Assembly: GCF_009914755.1 (NCBI RefSeq)
Contig: NC_060944.1
Direction: 5' to 3' (one strand)
Origin: the human T2T-CHM13v2.0 reference genome, Homo sapiens
DNA: 64,000 nucleotides
Below are positions 46,101 to 61,458 of the stretch, in pieces. The notes below the pieces were generated by a model, which did not search any database, was not told the origin of the DNA, and worked only from the letters and a program-made list of their open reading frames with translations. The position numbers and the translations under genes are program-made. Within the stretch, counting starts at the first letter, position 1, and each line of letters opens with the position of its first letter.

Positions 46101-48557
46101 AGTGAAAAGACTTCCTAAGTATTGGTAGAACTAACTGTAGTGGGGCTGAGTCATTATTACAGTACTGTACAGGCTGCGTAGCTATCTGTAGAATTGATAA
46201 TGGTAATACCAGGTTAAAGTGTTAGCGATTCTTCTGCTGTTTCAGAGGTCTTGAAGTTTTTGCCTGTCTGCTATGGAGATAGGGAGTTCTCCCCCATTTG
46301 ACCCCCTTAGCAAAGCACAATACTTGGCTCCATCAGTCTTTAGTCTAAGAAGTGATATATAGGATCATGGTTTGACATCATCTTGTGCTGATTCTGGTTG
46401 GCTTAATGGAATCAAATTGGATGAAGGTAATTAAATATGAATTGTTTCTGATGCTAATAGATAGTTGTACTTCTGTCTGTTGGGTATGGGTTGGGATGGG
46501 CGGTAGCATAGCTGATTGCGGTGGGGGAATTTCAGATAGCTGATGATGTGGCTATCTGAAAATTGCCACTACATTTTTAAAACTGAAAAGTGATGGTACC
46601 GCCAAATGAAATCTGCAGCATCCTCAGACTCAATCAGGAAATACTTAAGCATTATGCTCCAGGGTGGTTTTCTTCCCTTACATTGCAACTGGACTCCTTG
46701 AGGCACCTTTTTAGAATTAGTGAGCCGCTAGGATTTTTATACTATGCTTTGACATAAAAGAAAGTTGCTTGTCAATATGTGTTTTTTTAGTTTACCAGCA
46801 TATCAGATCTCACAAACAAATTTTAGGCTCGGATTGGATGTTTCTAGTAAAAACAAGAAAATCCAGGCATCACTAAAAGAATCAGAAATACGTTGTGGCT
46901 TGAAAGGTGCAAACTAAATAATATAGCTAGCAGTAACGGTCACCAACTCCTGCTTTTCTTTGGTTCAGTAGATAGAGTAAAATGGAAAATAGGAAACCAA
47001 GGTCAGTCCCCAAATCTCATTTTAACCAATAGCAGCAAAAAAAAAAAAAAAAAAAGGAATTGAGTCTGACTTTTTCCCCTTGCTGTCAGCATAAAGATGG
47101 GGAATTGAGAGAGTTGGAAAGACATTCATTAGTTTGTTCAGATTATTAAATAACATGTCTTAAAGTTTATATTCCAAAATTGGGCTGTGAGGTTTTTTTG
47201 TTTTGCTTGTTTTCAGTGCATGTGTGGGGTGGGGAGGTGCAAAAAAATGTTTGCCTTCTAATATACAGCTTTCTTGTATATTAATTATATAGTAACAGTT
47301 GTCCCTGCTGCTAATGGTATGGAAAATGATTCTGTTGTGCTTTCTGAATACATATCATTTTAGAAGTTTCAGATTATACTAAAACCATGTTATTTCATAT
47401 TAGTTGGACATGAATGCATATTTATATGACACATCATTATCAACTTTTGCCTTTTGCCATCTTTTTAGTGCAAAGTAAAACTGATATTCTTCAAATCCAA
47501 AGTCGTTTCCTCAGAAGTGTGTTTTGTGAGGGATTGCATCTTTCCCATGTGAAACTGTGTCGAACTCCAGTAAACTGTGTTTGCTTGGGAAAATGAATTC
47601 AAATGTAATTAGTTTGAATGAAGCTGTGGAAATGTTTGAAATGAGTATTTTGACATTGGACCTGGAGGTTTAAAAAAAAAAACCCTATTGAAAGAATAGT
47701 AAAATATATTGGATGTGGAGGTGAGAGTCAGTTGAGTGAATTTTCTGTGTTGTATGGTTTAGATTATCTGACTATCCCTTAATTATTTTGAAACCATTAA
47801 CTTTGGATAATAAGGGCATTTAGGCAAACAGTTGACACATGGATTTCTTAAGGTAAAAAGTTTAGAGACTTCCAAACTAGTCCTTAAGAGGCGAATGGGT
47901 ATTGTGTTTAAAGGAAGCTTTCAGATTGTGTTTAAACTTCGAGTAGTAATATTTGGAACTGTCTTTTCTCCCTATTTCCATGCCTCATACATCTCAAGTT
48001 TGAGCAGCAGCTTTCCATCCCCATGGCTCCAGGCCAATAGCTGCAGTAGAAAATCTAAAATAGAGGCCAGGGTTGGAATAATTAGCATTTTGCCAACCCC
48101 CACCCTCCCTGCCACCTGCCTATCTAGATGTGGACAGTATGTGCTGTGTTGATAGCATAGGGCCTGGGAAGGGTGGAGAGGGATGTAAATGAGGGCAGGG
48201 TGGACAAAGTTTGATTGGGGGTTGCGGGGAAGCTTGTAGAGGAATGTCTGTTAGATATTGATGGTATTTTGGTGGCGTTATGAGAAATGGCTGATAGTTT
48301 GCTGAAATGATTTAATAGTAAATAGATATTGTTGAACATTTTCTGTGTGTATAGGAAAGATCCTAGATATTTTTCACACTGGGAGAGAAGTGATGTTACT
48401 GGTATCTCATGCATATCTCTGGAGTATATAGATCGTAATATCAACTTTGGCTATCTGTATCGAAGTTTGTATTAACTGTCTTTATGTGTGTCATTTATGT
48501 CTCTTAACGTTTAGTAAGAAAGAAATTCCAAGGAAGGTAGGCAACTTTTAATTTTAA

Positions 48558-48871
<314 letters not shown>

Positions 48872-50485
48872 CTTAATTTCTTTTTGGTAGGTATTCATTT
48901 TTCATTTGTTGTCTTAAGCTTCTAGTTTCACTCACTTACCTGTCTGCTAAATTTTTCTGAAATGTGTAATAAATGTTTTAATTTACCATCTCCCTTCTAC
49001 CCTTCCCATCAGATTTGGGGTGGGGAGGCATCTCTACCAGGCAATTAATTCCCCTCTGAGCCTTTGAAATTAACATTTTTGTTTCTGTGGATTCAAGGAG
49101 CCTAAAGAACACAGTTCATTAGCATTCCTAAGAAACACCTAGGTAAGCTCCAACAAAAGATGTTAAAGCAATCAGTATTTTTAGGGACTTCAGATCTCCT
49201 GTATTTGTTGTTGTAAATGATGATGTTGGGAAAAGAATTTAACAGATCCCTGGGTATTCTGACGTTTTCCTATATTTTAAGAACGAAACCGACCCAGCCA
49301 GCTTGTGGTCCCATTATTCTTTATATTGTTTTTCTTAGCACACGCTAGCAAAGATAGATGCCTAGGACTTTTCTTGGCTATTGGAGTTTATAGAAAAAAA
49401 GTTCTTTGTTGAAGGTTAGTCCTCCACCAGAATAATACACCCTTTTTCCCCTTAGTAGAAGTCCAAATGTTAATCTTGCTATCATATATGTATGAATGCC
49501 CAGATTTATAAAGCTTTGTAGGTATATTACTGATTGTGCAGGAGACTAATCTAGGAGGCTTCAGGATCATTGTCATTTGTGGATCTCATTGGCTAAGACC
49601 TTTTACTTAACCTGACTCCAGTAAGGTAGCCCCTTTGTTTCCTTGTAGTTGACTATGTGAGCTCTTGCCAAGCAGCAGAAGTGGGATGAAGGGAACTAAT
49701 TTTGAAAACTTATTAGGCACCACATTTTTATGTGCATTAAATCTGAATTGAATAAAGATAATATAGATTGCATAGGCTTATGGGGAGAACCAGAGACCAG
49801 GAAAGGAAACGTTTTTTTCTTTTTACCCTTTATGCCTTTTCATGTCCCCTTTTTGATAACATGCTGCCTTGGTCCAGATTCTGGAAACCCCACTCAGGCT
49901 GTAATTGGTAAGCTTCTAGTACAGATGTCAGAACCTGCCCTTGATTATCTGCTGTTAGAGATAGCTTGGACCCTTTGTATGTGGAATGTTAGGTCTAGGG
50001 GAAGAGTGGGGGTGTGAGGAGACAGCTGTGGTAAAATAGAAAATTGGTGTAGGATTCCGAAAAATCGAGATAAGTCCCTGTTCTTCCTATGAAACATGAT
50101 CTGACCACTGAACCTTGTTTTCTTATCCATAAGCAAGGATAATATTTATGTTTCACAAACTGTTGAGAATTAGATAAGTATATGAAGGTGCCTCTCTGTC
50201 CTCATTGTAAAATGTAAACTTTGATGAGACAGCCTCTATTCTCAACTGGATCTTTATTTTGAATGTTAGGTTTGAAATAGTGATTGATGTTGGGGAGTCT
50301 GTCTTTCATTGGTATTCCCTGTTAAAGTTTTAAATCTTCTTGACATTTACACAGTGAATTGTAACATGTAACTAGTGTTGTTGAGTCTTTACCTAATTGA
50401 ATCAGCAGAGCCTACACTGATGTCTTCCAGTTACAAAGCGGTCACTGTAAAGTAAAAGGTGTCTTCATATCTAGGTTTGGGCTGA

Positions 50486-50819
<334 letters not shown>

Positions 50820-52393
50820 TAATTCCTACTTTTCTAAGAATGTTTACAGCAAAGTGGTCATTGCCAAAGGAACTTGTAGCAGTACAGAAGATGGGCTCAG
50901 AAATGAAAGAAGTCTATTGATGTGACTAATTTCTCAACCATTTAATAGAATTATGGATTTTCTATTAAAAATAACTTGACCCTTTTCGATGCATTTAATA
51001 AAATGCCAAGTTCATTATTTGTTAATTTTTTAAAACCACAAAATTCAATATGTCTTGTGTCAGCATATTTTTTCAAAGGCCACTATTTTACTTCTCCCCC
51101 AAAACGTTTTTAAATTAAACAGAGAACTCTCAAAGCACCTGAGAATTACTTCAGTTTTTCATTTATTCAAATAGTTGCTTAAAGTGACCAACTTGGTTTT
51201 CTTTGAAATAGTAATTCTTGGGAATAAGAATACCTTAAATAATATAATAAAGCTTATGTGTGAGAATTTAGTACCAAATGCCGTGTTAACAGTTATGCGT
51301 GAGTATAGGCATTTGGGAGATTCCATGAAAAAATTTGATAAAGTCAGTAGAAATTTCAGTAATGGCTCATAAGTCTAGCTAATGCTGAATATTGAATTGC
51401 CTTGAATTTGTTTTTTTGGAAGTGTTACTTAAAGGAAATAAACAAAAGTCATTTAAGGATGTGTTCACTAGTGTTCATTAGGTTTAAGCCAAATGGATCT
51501 TAGTAGAGATCTTACGCCATTCAGCAAAAGGATTATCACAGAAGCATCACAACAGGCGCAGACTTAAATTCAATTAAAAGTAGGCAGGAGGACATAATTT
51601 TGTTGTATAGAAATTATGGAATAGGGCCTAATTTTAAAGAGTCTTCAAAGATAAACATATCAGGAAAAATATAGCTCATAAAATATGGGGAAAAAAATCT
51701 GGGAAGATGAGTATTTGTTAATGCTCTGTAGCTCCATTGCCCTCAGTATACAAGGAATGTGCCCACAATAGGGTTGGATTTAAAAGTCTTCAAAGCTTTG
51801 GTCTCTTTTTCTTTCGTTTTCCTCTGATACAGAATGCGAATAGTCTCCCGGCCTCCAACCCCCTCTACATCCCCACCACCCCATAATAGAGACTTAAAGG
51901 GAATTTAAATTCGAGTTCTTGAGCTTCTGCTCAATGGCTAGGTCTTTGAACAAGTTAATATCAGAGCCTTAGTTCTTCACCTATAAAGTAGGTTTAATAC
52001 TTACCTTACAACATTGAGGATTAAAGAGCATGAGAGGATTACTTTATGAAAGGTGAAGCTTAGAACAGAATTTTTAGTTCCTTGCCAATGCTAAAAAACA
52101 ACAACAACAACACCTTTTTCAGAAATTGCTTTATTAGGCTTTTGTACAAAGGGAACATCTTTACTTTCTTTAAATTTGCACATATATCTATTGTGAAATT
52201 TTAACCAAGCTGGAGGGGTCACTAGGGAGCATTGAGTATGATACTATTGCTGTAAATCATAGAAAGGCTGGCTCAGGAGGGTACTGACTTGCTTTGACTT
52301 TGCGGCAACTTCAGTTGTCCAGTGACAAGGCTTGCTGCATACACACCACTTTGTTTGTTTCTCATACCTTAAATTGTGGATTAAAAATCTTTG

Positions 52394-52697
52394 GGGCAGG
52401 CCTGGAGGCTCATGCCTATAATCCCAGCACTTTGGGAGGCCGAGATGGGCAGATCACTTGAGCCCAGGAGTTCAAGATCAGCCTGGGCAACATGGGAAAA
52501 ACCTGTCTCAACAAAAAAAATACAAAAATTAGCCAGGTGTGTTGGTGCATGCCTGTAGTCCCAGCTACTTAGAAGGCTGAGGTGGAAGGATTGCTTAAGC
52601 CCCGGGAGGTGGAGGTTGCAGTGAGCCGTGAGCATGCCACTGTACCTACCCCGTTTTGGGCAACAGAGTGAGACCCTGTCTCAAAAAAAAAAAAAAA
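52394..52697 (+). mobile_element. Alu (J family), intron 2
   Basis: Dimer plus poly(A). Confidence 0.92.
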
Positions 52698-53313
52698 TCA
52701 TCATCATCTTTGGCAGTGATTAACTTTCTCCTTTCACACTTGGGATGGTGCAATATTTGGCATCTACTTAGGAAGCTAAAATTTTCACGTTTAATTGTAA
52801 ATGGAAAAGTTTAAGTTGCCATATTCATTCATACAAACATTCAGAAAGTGAATATTGTGACTAGACACAGATGAACAAGACAAACCCACATGCCTATCAG
52901 GATGAACTTTGAAATTAGTACGTTGTAGGTATATACAGTCACTTCCTCTGTTGAGATTTTTCATTAGGCCTCAGTACAAAGGCTGCTGTCATACAACATG
53001 AATGGGGACTGGAGGTACTTTCTGGCAGTTAATATTTCACTATCAGTGCAAGAGAGTGACGTCTCCATTTAGTCCTAATCGTGAGTTTTTCCCCCCTTAA
53101 AGAAATTGGAGACCTAGGACCTTGGATTTCCAAAGATTTCCAAACTCTTATTTCTTAAAATGTTACAAAAAATGGTTTTTTTTTGTATACCTATATACCC
53201 ATTAAACTTTTTTGCCTGAAATAGGCAAAAAGATTTAAGTTCTGTGTATTTATTTCCTGTTATCTTTTTGTATCAGACATCCATGTTGCATGAATTTTAG
53301 AAAAATAGTTTTC

Positions 53314-53652
<339 letters not shown>

Positions 53653-54319
53653 CTAGAGATGGTCACATTCTGTGTGAGAAATCATGTGACAATAGCTAAT
53701 TCAAGTATTTGAAATAATTTAAATCCTTGAACTGAATTGATTGAAATAAAGTATTTAAAATCACCATCTTCACATATTTGAAGAACTAAAATCTTAGAGA
53801 ATAAACTCTACTTAAAGTCCTGGGAAACTAATTTTATGAAACTATTGAAATATTATTGCCCCTTCCTAATCCATGAAGTATCTTGATATGGGTAATACAT
53901 AAAAGCTGTTAAAGCTCTTCAGAGAAAGATGCAGAGTACATAGTGGTATTACTTACAGTGGTTTGAATACTAGAAAAGTGATCGGGACAAAATGTTAGAC
54001 TTACTGTGCCTTAATCATACAGTCAGTGCATTTTTGCAGGAATGGATGCAATGTAAGTAGTTCTTACTATTTAATACCAGAAATGAAGAAACAGTAGCTT
54101 CTTAGGAATTGATTGTGGCTCAGGATCTATTTCTTAATTTTTAATGCTTCCACTTAACCAGGAGAGGAAAGGGAGGAGAAGGAACACAAATTTGTTAGTC
54201 TTTATAACTACTGGCTTGTTACACTTGATTTCCAAACCACAAGTGCTCCAGGGCCAGGCACCCCACACTGAGAAGTCCCTAAGAAGTGCATTTATTGGAA
54301 ATTTGATTTTTAAAAAAAA

Positions 54320-54515
<196 letters not shown>

Positions 54516-54884
54516 GACCATGTTAGGTTCTGTTTAAGTAGTATTTCTTATACCCTGGAATGAATGAATGCCTCTTAGTCTTTAGAATTTCATAAGGTTT
54601 AGCTAGGTATACTCAATACTTCTCCATTTTACTACATATTTTTAGGAAGGCACTAGGTATTGTGAACTCCTTGAGAGTTCTAAACATCTCAGAGCCTGTT
54701 TGAGTATTGATGGCATAGTCACAGATACTCCATTTCCTTTCTAGGGAAGTCTGCCTGCATTACCACGTAACCCCAAGCCAGAAGTGTAACCACTTTTCTC
54801 TGACTTGCATTGAGCTTTTGTTATCCTCTTTTAATATTTCATTCTGTAGTAGTCTGTATTTATGTGTTTTCCTTATTAAGAAGT

Positions 54885-55152
54885 GGCCAGCACTTTGGGA
54901 GGCCAAAGTGGGTGAATTGCTTTAGCCCAGGAGTTCTAAAGCAGCCTGGGCAACATGTCGGGACCCCGTCTCTACAAAAAAATAACAAAAATTAGCCAAG
55001 CATGGTGGTGTGCACCTACAGTCCCAGCTACTTGGGAGGCTGAGGAAGGAGGATCAGTTGAGCCTAGGAGGTTGAGGCTGCAGGGAGCCATGTTTGCCCT
55101 ACTGTGCCCCAGAACGAGACCCTGTCTCAAAAAAAAAAAAAAAAAAAAAAAA
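54885..55152 (+). mobile_element. Alu (J family), intron 2
   Basis: Slightly 5'-truncated dimer plus poly(A). Confidence 0.9.
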
Positions 55153-55579
55153 TTAAGAGCACTGTTTCATCCTGTATGGTCAATACAGATGCTTTTACCA
55201 AATGTTTCAGTTGTGAAGTGCAAACTCCTTTCTCCCCCCAGCTGGTTGAAGATCAAGTGGGAGACTTTTGAGAGCTTAACAGTAAGTTTTCCTTGTTTTT
55301 CTCAAGCTGATATGCCTAAAAGTCACCTGGGGATGATTGGTGAAAATACATATTCCTACTCGTACACCTTGAAGTTGATTCTATAGTGGAAGGTACTGAA
55401 AATCTATATTTTTAATGTATCTTCAACAATCCCAAATGATTCTGACTAATGCAGGTGACCCATAACCTCCTTTGGAGAAGTTGATCTATCTGAACTTTAC
55501 TATCTTATTTGGCTAAAGATCTATATTTTGCTTCATTCAATTACGATACTCCACAGGTTAAGGTATAAAGCTTACAGGG

Positions 55580-55905
55580 TGATGATGATGATGATGATGA
55601 TGATGATTATTATTATTATTTGGAGACAGAGTCTCCCTTTGTCGCCCAGGCTGGGGTGCAGTGACACGATCTGGGCTTGCTGCAACCCCCACCTCCTGGG
55701 TTCAAGCGATTCTCCTGCCTCATCCTCCTGAGTACCTGGGATTACAGGCACACCACCACCACACCTGGCTAATTTTTGTATTTTTAGTGGAGACGGAGTT
55801 TTGCCATGTTGGCCACGATGGTCCCAAACTTCTGGCCTCAAGTGATCCGGCTGCCTCAGCCTCCCAAAGTGCTTAGATTACAGTAGTGAGCCACCGTGCC
55901 CAGCC
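55580..55905 (-). mobile_element. Alu with (GAT)n(TAT)n tail, intron 2
   Basis: Tail converted to a trinucleotide microsatellite. Confidence 0.92.
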
Positions 55906-56339
55906 AAGATTACAGGATATTTTTAAAGGACCAGAACAGTATTTTTTAATATATGTTTATAAAAGCTTGATACTTCACTCTAAGTTATAGTTTCTACCTT
56001 TCAGTGAGCATTTACCAAATAGCAGATATAGTTAACTGCCTTTGCAGCTGTTTTACTGTGTGTCAGAATCCTAATCCTTTCTCCTACTTCAGTGTTTAAC
56101 AAGCCATTTAATTCTGATGTTACTTTTTCGGATTGGGTGACAAGCAGAGCACAATGAGCAGGGTTTGTTTTCATACTAATACTAGGATGGTTAAATCAGG
56201 ACTTTAGAAAGTAAGTGGAATAATTTAGTGGAATACTGAAAATCCAGTCTGTGGAGCTCACTGCCTTTAGATTAAATTAGTTGGGGACTTCAGCTCCTGA
56301 TGGTACTGATTGAAATGGAAGCATTTGAATAAAGCAGTA

Positions 56340-56768
56340 TAGTTGACGCTTGAACAACACGAGGGTTAGGGATGCTGACTCCTATGCAGTCAAAAATTCG
56401 AGTTATAACTTTTGACTCCTCGAAAACTTAACTAATAGCCTACTGTTGACCAGAAGCCTTACTGATAACAGAAACAGTCAATTAACACACATTTTGTATG
56501 TTATATGTATTATATACTATGATCTCACAATAAAGTAAGCTAGAGAAAAGGAAATATTAAGAAAATTGTAAGGAAGAGAAAATATATTTACCATTTATTA
56601 AGTGAAAATGGATCATCATAAAAGCCTTCATCCTCATTGTCTTGTTGAGTAGGCTGAGGGGGAAGAGGAGAGTTTGGTCTTGCTGTCTCAGGAGTAGCAG
56701 AGGAGAAAGAAAACCCTCATGTAAGTGGACTCAAGCATTTCAAACACATATTGTTCAGGTGTCATCTG
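56340..56768 (-). mobile_element. Tigger2a DNA transposon
   Basis: Termini TAGTTGACGCTTGAACAACAC / TTGTTCAGGTGTCATCTG and internal AATAGCCTACTGTTGACCAGAAGCCTTACTGATAAC. Confidence 0.85.
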
Positions 56769-56953
56769 TGGTTCTCAATGTGTGGTTTCCTGATCAGCAG
56801 AACTGCATTGTTTGAAAACTTGTTGGACATGCAGATTCTCGGGCCTCACCCATACCTACTGACTCTTAAACTCTGGGAGTAGGGTCTTAGCCATTTGGGT
56901 TTTAATGAGTGTCTACCAGGTGATCAGATGTGCACTGAAGTTTCAGAACCAAT
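56769..56953. mobile_element. MER5A (hAT-Charlie), host of the Tigger2a
   Basis: GGTTCTCAATGTGTGG...ATGCAGATTCTCGGGCCTCACCC...AGTTTCAGAACCA. Confidence 0.75.
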
Positions 56954-57662
56954 AGAATAGAGCAAGATACCAGTTTTGTAGTAATTCAACCTCTTAAGCA
57001 GTATTCCTTGTTCTTTCACAAGGAACCATGTATGGAGTTCATTACTTGTGCTTTCTTACAGTTGTGAAGTTGGAGTAATTCATAATCGGGGGAGGATCTT
57101 CTGGAGTATAAAAAAATTTAAGGAGCAGTTATATGATTAACACCAGAAAGGTTTCTTGTATTTCTACTGAATATATGCCACTTCAGTAGGAGAGGTGTGT
57201 TCAGTCTTATTCTTTCTACAGCTAGTGGCCCAGAGAATGGCCTGCGCATTTCAAGCCCTGTCAATGAGAATTGTCTAGACAAAGAAGGTCCCTTGGTTGA
57301 ATTAGTAATAGGATACATGAAACAATGTGTCAGCACACTTAAAGTCTTTATGGCCAGACAAAGTATGGTCTTAGTGTGTTTGGAGGCCCCTGACCATTGG
57401 AAACAAAGGCAGTTTAGGCTGAGCTGTGGATCCGCACGTAGGCCAGAGGTTTGTAGTCACTCTCACTCTTCCCAGGCATTAAGCGTTCCTTAATGGAAGC
57501 AGAGGAGGACAAGCCTACAGGAATGGGCCTGCCCTAATTGAGCTGGCCTGAGAAGATACATTTTCAGGTTAGACAAGTCCTTTTTCCCTTTTAAGTTCTG
57601 CCTCTTGGGAAAGAAGATGCATTTGTAGTGCAGGGATGTCCTTGTGAAAATGTGACTTGTTA

Positions 57663-58027
<365 letters not shown>

Positions 58028-58384
58028 TTACTTTCAGAGATAAGTAAAAAAATTCCAGTGTTGTCTTCTATTAAGAGAGCAAAGGTAGTTAGTAAAAATG
58101 GGATTTGTTTGCCCTGCTCCCGAAGCTTAAAATAATTGCTCTATCTCAGTTTTGTCTTATGCTTCGGCAGACTAATAACTTCAGTTGAAATGTTTTCTGG
58201 GCAGGTGTTCATTGAGGGCCTGATTCTCCAGAGGTTCTGTGCAGAAGCAGGCTGCTTTGAGATAGCCAGCTTAGCCAGGCCTGGGAACCACACAGAATAG
58301 TGCAGTACCATGTAGGGAAAAGTCCTTGACTGGGCTGCAATAGGCAGAGTGGAGAGTGCTAGGAAGCAGAGTATTTTCCTGGAT

Positions 58385-58906
58385 AATTTCATCCAGTAGA
58401 ACTTTTTGTCATGATGGAAATGTCCTATATTTGTGCTGTCCAATATGGTAGCTATTAGCCATATGAGGTGTGTCTGTGTGTGTGTGAGTGAGAGAGAGAG
58501 AGAGAGACAAGAGTCTTGCTCTGTCATTCAGGCTGGAGTGCAGTGGCGCGATCTCAGCTTACTGCAGCCTCTGCCTCCCAGGCTCAGGTGATTCGACCCT
58601 CAGCCTCCCGATAGCTAGGATTACAGGCGTGGGCCACCACGCTCAGCCAGTTTTTTTGTATTTAGTAGAGACGGGGTTTTGCCATGTTGACCAGGTTTGT
58701 GTCAAACTCCTGGCCTCTAGTGATTCACCTGCCTCAGCCTCCCAAAGTGCTGGGATTACAAGCATGAGCCACTGCACCTGGCCTATATGAGGTTTTGAGC
58801 CCCCTTGAAATATGTGGTAAGTGGGACCAAAGAACTTAATTATTTTATTTTATTTTATTTTAATTTAAATATAAACTAGCCAATAGTGGCTACCATATTG
58901 GACAGC
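58385..58906 (+). mobile_element. MER3 split by an Alu
   Basis: ATGATGGAAATGTCCTATATTTGTGCTGTCCAATATGGTAGC ... AGTGGCTACCATATTGGACAG. Confidence 0.75.
58468..58784 (-). mobile_element. Alu with (TG)n(AG)n tail, intron 2
   Basis: TSD ATATGAGGT, inside MER3. Confidence 0.9.
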
Positions 58907-60843
58907 TCTAGATAAAATTTAGGTAAGACCCAAGAGATTGTGGTTTAGATTCTGCTTGGAATATGAGTGATTGGGGCTCTTGGAATTTAAAAATCCAAAG
59001 ACACGTGTGAATTTGATGTTTTGAGTTTGAATAACAGCCTTCCTTCAGTATGTCTACATTGTTTTATCCTGACTGACATTGTAAGTCCTAAGAGGACTTA
59101 CAACTGGTAAGTAAAGTTGTGTTTACCAAAGCAGTTGGAAGTTCAGGCAGTTGTACGTTTTATTTGACCCCTTAGAGCTAAACAGGTGAAAATTTCAGGT
59201 CCTTTGGATGAAGTAAGTTCTCATTTTATCTCAGCAACCCTATGAGGTAGGTTATGTCTGTTGCGTAGTTGACAAAACAGATGAACTTATATTTATGTAC
59301 ACCTTTATGGATTAGTAGCCTTTAAAATGGTTAGTTTTATCCCACAACTTCATTTGAAATTGTAAGTTTCTAGCATGTTGCCTATAACAAGAAGGTAATT
59401 TATTTCTATTTGTTAAATTGTTATCAGTAATAAGTCAATATCCTACTATAAGTGGTAGAGAATCAAAGATTGTAGACTACCAAATAGCACCCAAGAGGCT
59501 AATTCATGCAAGGTGTTGCTTATAGTAAAAGCAGATCAGAACTCAGCTGCTGTATGCCATCTGGGGTTATCTTCTCACTTGCACGCTCATGACCAGTGTA
59601 GGCTGCATCTTATAAGTAATCTGGCTCACAGTTAGCTAGACATATATTAGTCTGATGGAACAAAATCCGATTGTAGCTTTGACCACTATGAGGACCACTG
59701 TCATATAAGGTCTTAGATACCAACTTGAGTAAATTGCTTAAGGACTGGGAATAGATCCAGATTCCTCCAGGTTTAGCTTCAAGTTGTGATCAGTTTTCGT
59801 GGGATGCAAGGAGAAAATGAATAGGAATGAAATAAATAGCTGATATTTGAACATTTTTAATGCCCTAGGCAGCGTCTTAAGAATTCTAAGCTTTCATTTA
59901 TCAATCCTGAGGTAGTTAACATTACTATTTCCAGTAATGTTCACTGGGCCAGTTTACTTTTGAAGAAATTGAATCTCACGGTTTAAGTAAAGTAACTAGC
60001 TCAAGGCTATATAGTTATAACTAAGCCACAGAGCAGGGAGGCTAATCTAGGCCTACCTCATGCCACAGCCTGAGTTCTTAGTTGTGATACAAAACAAGGT
60101 AAAGGGGGACCTGGGGTGACTTAGTTGCCTCCTGAGAATTCTGGGCTGTGGTGGAATTACCCATCAGACTGGGGGCGCCCATCTCTTCACTTATGATGTG
60201 TCCTTAACAGACTAAATGCAGGCTCTGCTGCACTTTAATGTAATTCTTTCCCTATTAAGGGAAGCTTGCTTGCCTTTGCAGCAAAGCCCCCTGGATAGTT
60301 TATTTTTTAGCAGTTCAGCTTGTGCTTGGACCCAGTTGTTCCAGAAATCAGTAAAACCTATTTGAGTATTCAAGAAAAAGGATCTTTTTGTTAACTAAGG
60401 ATTAACTAGAAACCTTATTTTATAAGGGTTCCTGAAGTCTGCTTATTTACTAAGGAATTTCATCAGAGGTGGTTAGCATTTTGTGAACAAGTATGATGTT
60501 GTTCCCACTTCAAGGGGAATAAATAACAAATTTAACCAGCTTGCTGCTTAAGAAGCAGAATTAGCAGTGGGCCAGTCATTGGCCTCTCTTCAGAGTTCTC
60601 ATGTGACTCACTTAGTTTTGCAGAGTGAGGTAGATTTTAACCACTTTCAAGTCAAGTTGATTGGCCATTCATGAGCTGTGTGCAGGGAGAGAAGAGAGAC
60701 GAGAACAAGTTAGCAGAAAGCTGAGGTGTGTTAGACGGGAGTTGTAGGTAAGTCAGGGAGGATATTCTTCATTTAGACCCTGAGCTTGAGTAAGACACCT
60801 TTCTACAGGAGACATTGCGGATACTTTCTAGTTAGTACTAGCG

Positions 60844-61458
60844 CAGTGTTCTGCAAACTACACCTGCTTTTGTGTGGTCCACGAACTAAGAATGGTTTTG
60901 TATTTTTAAATTTAGGCATGTGCCACATAACAAGATTTCTGTCAACAATAGACCACTTATATAATGATGGTCCCATAAGATAGAAGGTGGTATTTTTACT
61001 GCCTCTTTTCTGTGTTGCAGATACGTTCAGATACACAAATACTTAACACTGTGTTACAGTTTCCTACAGTACTGTAACATGCTGTACAGGTTTGTAGCCT
61101 AGGAGCAACAGGCTATACCATATAGCCTAGGCGGTAGTAGGCTATACCATCTAGGTTTGTGTAAGCACACTATGATGTTTGCATGACAAAATCGCCTAAT
61201 GACACATTTCTCAGAATGTAGTTGGAGGAAAAAAATTGAAAGGAGAGTATTACTTCATGACACAGGAAAATCATTTGAAATACAAATTCCAGTGTCCATA
61301 AATAAAGTTCACTAGAATGTGGCCATGCTCATTCATTTACATGTAATCTGTGGTAGTTTTTGTGCTACTGTGGCAGAATTGAATACTTGCAGTGGAACTT
61401 GAATGGGCTACAAGGTGTATTTAGTACCTGGCCCTTCACAGAAAAAGTTTGCTGACCT
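60844..61458. mobile_element. MER58B-like hAT element interrupted by Tigger3a
   Basis: CTAAGAATGGTTTTGTATTTTTAAA ... CTGGCCCTTCACAGAAAAAGTTTGCTGACC. Confidence 0.7.
60913..61220 (+). mobile_element. Tigger3a (MER7-like) fragment
   Basis: GGTCCCATAAGAT ... TGTACAGGTTTGTAGCCTAGGAGCAACAGGCTATACCATATAGCCTAGG. Confidence 0.8.
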